From Octopus vulgaris (lineage: Eukaryota), in NCBI GenBank assembly GCA_951406725.2, contig OX597823.1, positions 106,950,001-107,014,000 of the forward strand: 64,000 nt of DNA, written 5' to 3'. Position 1 is the stretch's first letter. Each line of letters opens with the position of its first letter. Position numbers and translations under genes: made by a program. The notes beneath the pieces are model-generated. The model was not told where the DNA came from. It did not search any database and worked only from the letters and a program-made list of their open reading frames with translations. Of the stretch, positions 56,841 through 64,000 are shown in pieces.

Positions 56841-56870
<30 letters not shown>
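56748..56870. repeat. (GAA)n microsatellite
   Basis: Seen directly. Confidence 0.95.
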
Positions 56871-56871
<1 letters not shown>

Positions 56872-57714
56872 TACCGTTGTTGATGTTTTTGGTGGTGGTG
56901 GTGGTAATATTGTGACGATGACGATGATGGTGATGCAGATGAATGAAAAAAGTAAGGAAAAGGCTGATCATCAGGAAAAAGGAGAGAAAACCTAACCTAC
57001 TTAAGCCATATTTTGCGGCCAATGGTTTCATTGAATGCTGTATTTTGTTGCTGTTCATGACGTCGTCGTTTTTGCTTTTGTTCATTTTGTCTTTGTTTTT
57101 GTTGCTGCTGCTACGGCTGCTGGTGCTGCTGATGTTCCTATTGTTGTTGATGTTGTTAGTGCTACTATTGCCCTTTCATAGCTACTAAAACAGTTTGCAA
57201 ATCCTATAGTTGGGTAATTGTTCAAATTTTCATTGAACTTATTCTACAATTTATGATAGTGTTGGGTGAAACCTTTAGTACACAGGGTTCATAAAACAGC
57301 ACCGTAAACTCTCCCTGTTGGTGCTGAGCCACCTTAACATAGAACGCACCATACTATTCACGCAGAAGTCTCTTCACTCATGTTGAACTGAATTCTGCAA
57401 CGTAGCGAAACATTTGGCAATTCATACATCACTGCTCTATATTCTTATAGTGATGTTCTTGCTGCTACTACAGCTGTTACTACACTTGCTGCTACTACTA
57501 CTACTACTACTACTACTCGTGTTATATTCATCCGTATGGATGGGGTCATTATAAATGTTGATCATCATAATTACTCTTAGGAGGTAGTATCAGTACAAAG
57601 ATGCGAACTACAGACAGCACAGATTGACTCTACTATCACTAACTGTTAATAGAAATCCATCTTCAACGTTTCTTCAATCCTGCTCAAAAATCTGATGACA
57701 ATCAGGAAATTTAT

Positions 57715-58885
57715 CTGATTATCTATGACTTCCTTCCATTTATTTACAAGCTTTTTAATCCCATCAATGTAAAACTCATTTGGTTTCAAAGCGAAGAGCT
57801 CTGAAATGTCAGTTTCGACCTCTTCCTGGCTTGCGAAAGTTATGTCCCCCAAATGATTCTGTAAATTACGAAACAAATGGTAGTCTGAAAGAGCAAGGTC
57901 GAGAGAATAAGGTAGATGAGGAACTTTTTTTCCAACCAAGCTCTTCGATCTTCTGTGATGTGACCTTTGCAGTGTGAGATCGTTCATTGTCTTGATGAAA
58001 CATCACTCCTTTTCGATTCACTAAAGCGGGTCTTTTTTTCTTCAAAGCTTGGTTCAAATGCTCTAATTGCTGGCAGTAGACTTGAGTATTGATTGTTGTA
58101 TTAAGTGGTAAGAATTCAAAGTGAATTTCTCCTATGCAATCCCACCAGATAGAGAGAAGAACCTTTTTTACATGAAGTTCCCTTCTTGGTTGTGGTTGAG
58201 CTTTTTCCCTTTTACCAAGCCATTGTTTACGACGTTTAACATTTCGATAGAAGATCCATTTTTCGTCACCAGTCGTAAGTCTATCCAAAAAGGGTGAAAT
58301 GAGTTCGTGAGACTGGAGAAGAGCAGATGTCACCTCGGGATTTGCGGTTGCTTTCGGACAATTCATGAGGCACCCATTTTCCAAGCTTAGGAACCTTTCC
58401 AAGTTGTTGAAGATGACGATGAACAGTTGTATGGTTTGAATTAAGCTTTATTGCCAATTCTTCAACTGATAAGGCAGGGTTTTCTTCATGTAATACCCCA
58501 AGGAGCTTAACATCAAACTCAATTGGACGTCCTGTTCGATCTTCATCTTCTGAATTTTGCAAACGAACTTCTGCAAGTTCTTTCATTCAAGCATTCTTTC
58601 CCATAAACTGAGTGTATGTTTCGAGTCGCTTCTGCTGCAGAGTTTCCTTTTTTGTAATCATAAAGCATTATATGCCTTAAATGCTCTTTGGATACCTCCA
58701 TGTTAGAAAGAGTTTTACTCAAAGAAATTTTAATTCTATTATTCTGTAAAATAATATTTAATTAGTTTAAATGTACACAAATGCATAAAAATAATTTTTA
58801 ATTCCATTAGACATTCTAAAATACTATTAAATTTCATTCAATTTTAAAAACGGTAAAATCGGACAGAACTTATGGGATGACCTGA
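57715..58885 (-). mobile_element. Defective mariner (DD34D), second lineage; 3' TIR missing
   Basis: WVPHELS, TGDEKW, HQDNERSH and YSLDLALSDYHLF motifs. 5' TIR TA|TCAGGTCATCCCATAAGTTC at 58885. ATG at 58701. Confidence 0.92.
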
Positions 58886-59199
58886 TACAATCCAAGGTTC
58901 GCACTTACAAGAGTTAAATGCCTATCATTGTTTTACGGCATCGCAACAAGATGGTGCACCTGCCGTTCTGCCAAACGTATAGAAAATTTGTTTAGGGATA
59001 ATGATATTAACACGGTGGGTTAATGGCTAAGATCATCTTATCTGAACCCTGTAAAAGAAAATTACTAATCATTAACTGATGTTCAGAGTGCTGATCATTG
59101 GGCGACGGCTTAAAATTGTTTGAACCGCTTTATAAAAATACTAGTTAAAACTGCTCAGGCCGCTCAGATAAAAAAAGGTGGGGAAAATACAAATGAACA

Positions 59200-59690
59200 T
59201 ACTCTTAATACAATGTGTTATCATCAATAAACATTGTGAAAACACTGGAAATTGCAACAAGGAAAATGCATGTTGAATTTTGACTACCTCTATCATAGTG
59301 GTATTGATAGATGGTTAAGCAATACTAGTTGGAAGAGGGTGTATATTTAAATGGCTTTAGTTTGCAGATGTGGGTACAAATGTGAGTGTAGGGGGTTGAC
59401 GTATATCTTGCCTTCTAAATGATTGATTGGTGTGAATGATAATTGAAAAGTGATAAGTAGCTTCTATTGATCATTAATTCAAGTCTGGGTGAGGAGATTA
59501 CTTCTGCTGAGGCTGGCGAAAATATGTGCAAATGATGACAGTATTGACATTTTAGAGTCTATTGTTTGATAGGTCGGGGGAAATTAATGAATGAGAACTT
59601 TAGTAGTTAGCAGTTGTCAGCTGTAAAGGCAGGTGGAATCAGGGGTGAAGATAGATAATGAAAGTAGATAAACGATAATAAATTAGGGAG
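59200..59690 (-). pseudogene. Possible highly decayed Penelope RT relic
   Basis: Minus-strand fragments ILSSF and EGKIY resemble the LVSFD and FNGKIYKQ motifs. No ORF remains. Confidence 0.3.
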
Positions 59691-59867
59691 ATATGAAAAT
59701 ATGTGTGCGTGTGTGTGTGCATGAGAGAGAGAGAGAGATTATATCTATGTGCGCGCGTGCACTTAGTTATAATATCTACAATATAATATGAACGCAGGAA
59801 GAAGTGCTGCTAAATATAATGTACGACTTGCTAACGCTTCTGCCAGCTCATCAACCTAATATTGTTC

Positions 59868-60425
<558 letters not shown>

Positions 60426-60464
60426 ACTTAATATTATTAACAGTAACAACAAAACAAAAACCCT

Positions 60465-60572
60465 GAAAAGCAAAGTCAAGTTCGGTGGTATTTGAACTCA
60501 CAACGCACAGACAGAGGAAACGCAACTAAGCATTTCATTTGGCGTGCTAAGGACTATGCCAGCTCGCCTCCA
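60465..60572 (-). mobile_element. SINE family C head fragment
   Basis: GCAAAGTC..TTTGAACTCA..TGCCAGCTCGCC. Confidence 0.65.
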
Positions 60573-60733
60573 TAAGACCTAACTCTCCACATATAGGATA
60601 GTTTAATCCTTCCAGTGTTTGGCGTTTAATTGCACAGTGGTCTTTATAACCCTTCGACACCAAGTGTATCACATATCCCCTCACATACGCATAAATACAT
60701 ACAAACATATATACATACGTATAAATATATGCA

Positions 60734-60799
<66 letters not shown>

Positions 60800-60801
<2 letters not shown>

Positions 60802-60990
60802 GGAGATGTTTACGAAAAAAACAAAAGACGAAGACAGGTGGTGTACAAAACAAACAGATGTATTAGCATAACGCTCAGGAATAGAAAAAGCCTTTTATGT
60901 TTCGAGCCTACGCTCTTCTACAGAAAGGAACACAGAAAAAACAAGGAGAGAAACAAGGAGAGTAAAAATATGTGTAGTGGCTAACGATCT

Positions 60991-60995
<5 letters not shown>
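60800..60995 (-). mobile_element. Short Penelope-tail-like repeat with hammerhead variant (60891-60928)
   Basis: Reverse complement reads CCTTT-CTGTAGA-A-GAGC GTAG GCTC-GAAA-CA-TA-AAAGG. Embedded in (TA)n. Confidence 0.65.
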
Positions 60996-61049
<54 letters not shown>

Positions 61050-61094
61050 GGTGGTGGTAATATTGTGATCTATCTATCTATATATATATATATA

Positions 61095-61270
61095 TCGTGT
61101 CACTTCAGCAAATGTAGCAAAACACGTGCTGTAGGCGATTTCTTTTCCTTCTTTGGATTTTTCTCTTTCTCCTTTCCGACGAAGAGCTATGCTCGAAACT
61201 TCAAACTCTCTTTTCACTAAACGTCAAGCTAATAATACATTCCTTGTGCACGTACTCTTGTTTATTTGAA
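61095..61270 (+). mobile_element. Related short repeat with hammerhead variant (61173-61205)
   Basis: TTT-CCGACGA-A-GAGC TAT GCTC-GAAA-CT-TC-AAA. Confidence 0.5.
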
Positions 61271-61333
61271 TTGACTATATCTATACTTACATAAATACAC
61301 AGATGTGAATGTAAATATAGATGCACGCACGAA

Positions 61334-61369
<36 letters not shown>

Positions 61370-61482
61370 TGTATGTATGTATGTATGTATGTATGTATGC
61401 ATGTATGTATGTCTATCGTGCAGGGTGTATGAATTTATATACAATATAGTATTATAAAAATATGAGATATAAATATATTGTC

Positions 61483-61535
<53 letters not shown>

Positions 61536-61896
61536 GTATGTGCGTGCGTGTGGATGTGTACAAATTCAATTTACCGTTGCGATATAATGGAACAAAATTT
61601 TAAATTATATTTAAAGAATTATCTATTTCCCTGAATTCTTGCAATAAATTCTTAATTTCAGACAGAATGTAAATTAAAGTTTTAAATTAAAAAAAAAATT
61701 GAAATATTTATAGAAGCTAAACAATTTTGAATATAAATTAAGATAAATATACACACATATATGAACACAAATAAAAGCAGACGCGCGCGCGCTCACACAC
61801 ACACACACACATACACATGCACACATATATTGGACTCGTATCACTGTCTCTCTTTCTGAGTGTGTATATATATATATATATATTTTTTTTAATATA

Positions 61897-61935
<39 letters not shown>

Positions 61936-61936
61936 G

Positions 61937-61995
<59 letters not shown>

Positions 61996-62016
61996 ATACA
62001 TAATACATACATGCAT

Positions 62017-62083
<67 letters not shown>

Positions 62084-62175
62084 TATGAGTGTGTGTGTTT
62101 GTAAACAATTCGGAATATAGGTCGAGATAACTACACACACATGAACATTTATGTATGTGTGTGTATGTATATATG

Positions 62176-62225
<50 letters not shown>

Positions 62226-63805
62226 ACACACACACACACACACCCGTACACACTTGTATGTATGTATAGCCTAAAAGCCTGTATATTTATAAATATTTTC
62301 TCTTTAGTCTATCCATAGTTCACCATGCTGTCTGCTAGACGAGACAGACACGTTCACGTGTGTTCACCACTTTCTATGTTGTAATGAATATTTAATAATT
62401 TTTATCAAATTTAATGAAAATTGATTAATTTTACCAATTCCCATAGAAATATTAAGGTGTGAGTAGCTCTCCTTTTTTAGCCTGTCTCATCCTTGCAGCT
62501 ATGTGAGTAATATTCTTTGTAATTAGGCTTTATTTATATAGATTTTGTCTACGTTGTTTGGTTACTTTATCAGTAGTCAACATTAAATTTAATAAAACAA
62601 TAATTTCTATAATGTTTTTTTTGTTGGTTTTGTCTGCTTTTGTTATCAATGAAGTTGTTGTTGATGATGATGATGATGATGATGACGACGACGACGACGA
62701 GGATGACTATGATGATAATGATGATGACAATGATGATAAATGATGATGGTGGTGTAGGTGGTGATGGTAGTGTTGCTGTTCTTGTTGATGATGATGATGA
62801 TGATATTTATCTTATTCATATATTTTTCCAATTATTTGATGTTGTTGATCAGTATCATGACCTTATTTTTATATTGTCGTTGCTGGTCGCTTCATTGTTT
62901 TGTTCTTGTTTCCTTTTTTCCAAGTTTTAATAGTACATTATTATTATTACTATTATTCTTGCAAACTTTGTTATCATTATTATCAAAAAATGTTATGATA
63001 GTAGTTACTGGTGCTGTTGTTGTTGGTGTTATTCCTTATTGTCGTTATCGTTGTTGTTGCTGTTGTTGTTGTTGCTGTTGTTGTTGTTGTTGTTGCTGCT
63101 GCTGTTGCTGCTGTTGATGCTGCTGCTGTTGTTATATAGCAGGGTGCCAGACTAAATACTTTAAAATATTTCATTTTATTCCTCAATGAACTCAAATCCC
63201 GTTTGGGTCGATTTGTTTTCCACGTGTCTGAGATCGATAAAACACACAGATAGATACACACATACACAAATATTTATAAGTACGCATACACAACCACATA
63301 CATGCTCACATACACATATACACACAAGATGCGTCGATAATAATCTTGCGCGAATCAATTTACTCCAGCCTTTCCCCAGCATAATTTGGGCAACAATCCA
63401 AAGTTACATCTAGTTTTCAAATTAATATTTTCTGTTTGTCTTGTGGTTCTTCATAGTGTAGTATGTTGAAATGACAGTGAAGCGAAGTAATCAACCCACG
63501 TCCTTTCTAATCAGGTGCTTTACACATTTGACTTTTTACATAAACTCATTTGCACAATTGTGTGTGAATCTACGTATATATATGTATGTATGTCATTATT
63601 CAGTTTAGTTTCAAGATTTCTTGCCAATAGAAAAATACCGGTTTCAAACCTAGGTGCAAAGCTTCTTCACTGGAATTTTAACAGGGTCTGTATATGTCTA
63701 GATTTGTACGCATTTTTAATGTATGCATTCTCATACATATAGTTGCATATGTAGACATGCTCGTATGTTTGTACGTATTTGTATGTATGTATGTATGTAT
63801 GTATG

Positions 63806-63837
<32 letters not shown>

Positions 63838-64000
63838 CATGCATGCATGCATATATGTGTGTGTATCAATCTATCTATCTACATATGATAATTATATACA
63901 CATACATATATGTGTTTGTGTTTAAATGGTGGAAAACACAGACCCAAAGTTACACATAATGACATATATACATACACGCGTATATATACATGCATATATA

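Overview
AT-rich eukaryotic non-genic DNA (gene desert or very large intron). The SINE families and extreme microsatellite load look like an Octopus/cephalopod genome; this is recognised from memory, not searched. I see no intact host gene, and almost all ORFs in the track are translated microsatellites. Recognisable content: a 5'-truncated Penelope-like element (RT + GIY-YIG), a Tx1/L1-like LINE in two copies, CR1-like and RLE-type LINE relics, two DD34D mariners, one DD37D (maT-like) element, hAT, piggyBac-like and Helentron-like non-autonomous elements, and many tRNA-derived SINEs. The main hidden signal is about 11 type-I hammerhead-ribozyme motifs in at least six sequence families. They include an apparently intact tandem pair defining a 456-nt retrozyme-like monomer (615-1281), a 545-nt repeat unit carrying two motifs (15076-15766), a U3:A8 covariant hammerhead (47154), an A6U family, and a tRNA-headed (Pol III) SINE ending in a Penelope-type hammerhead in head-to-head arrangement (59868-60425). 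All folds were read by eye; catalytic activity is untested.
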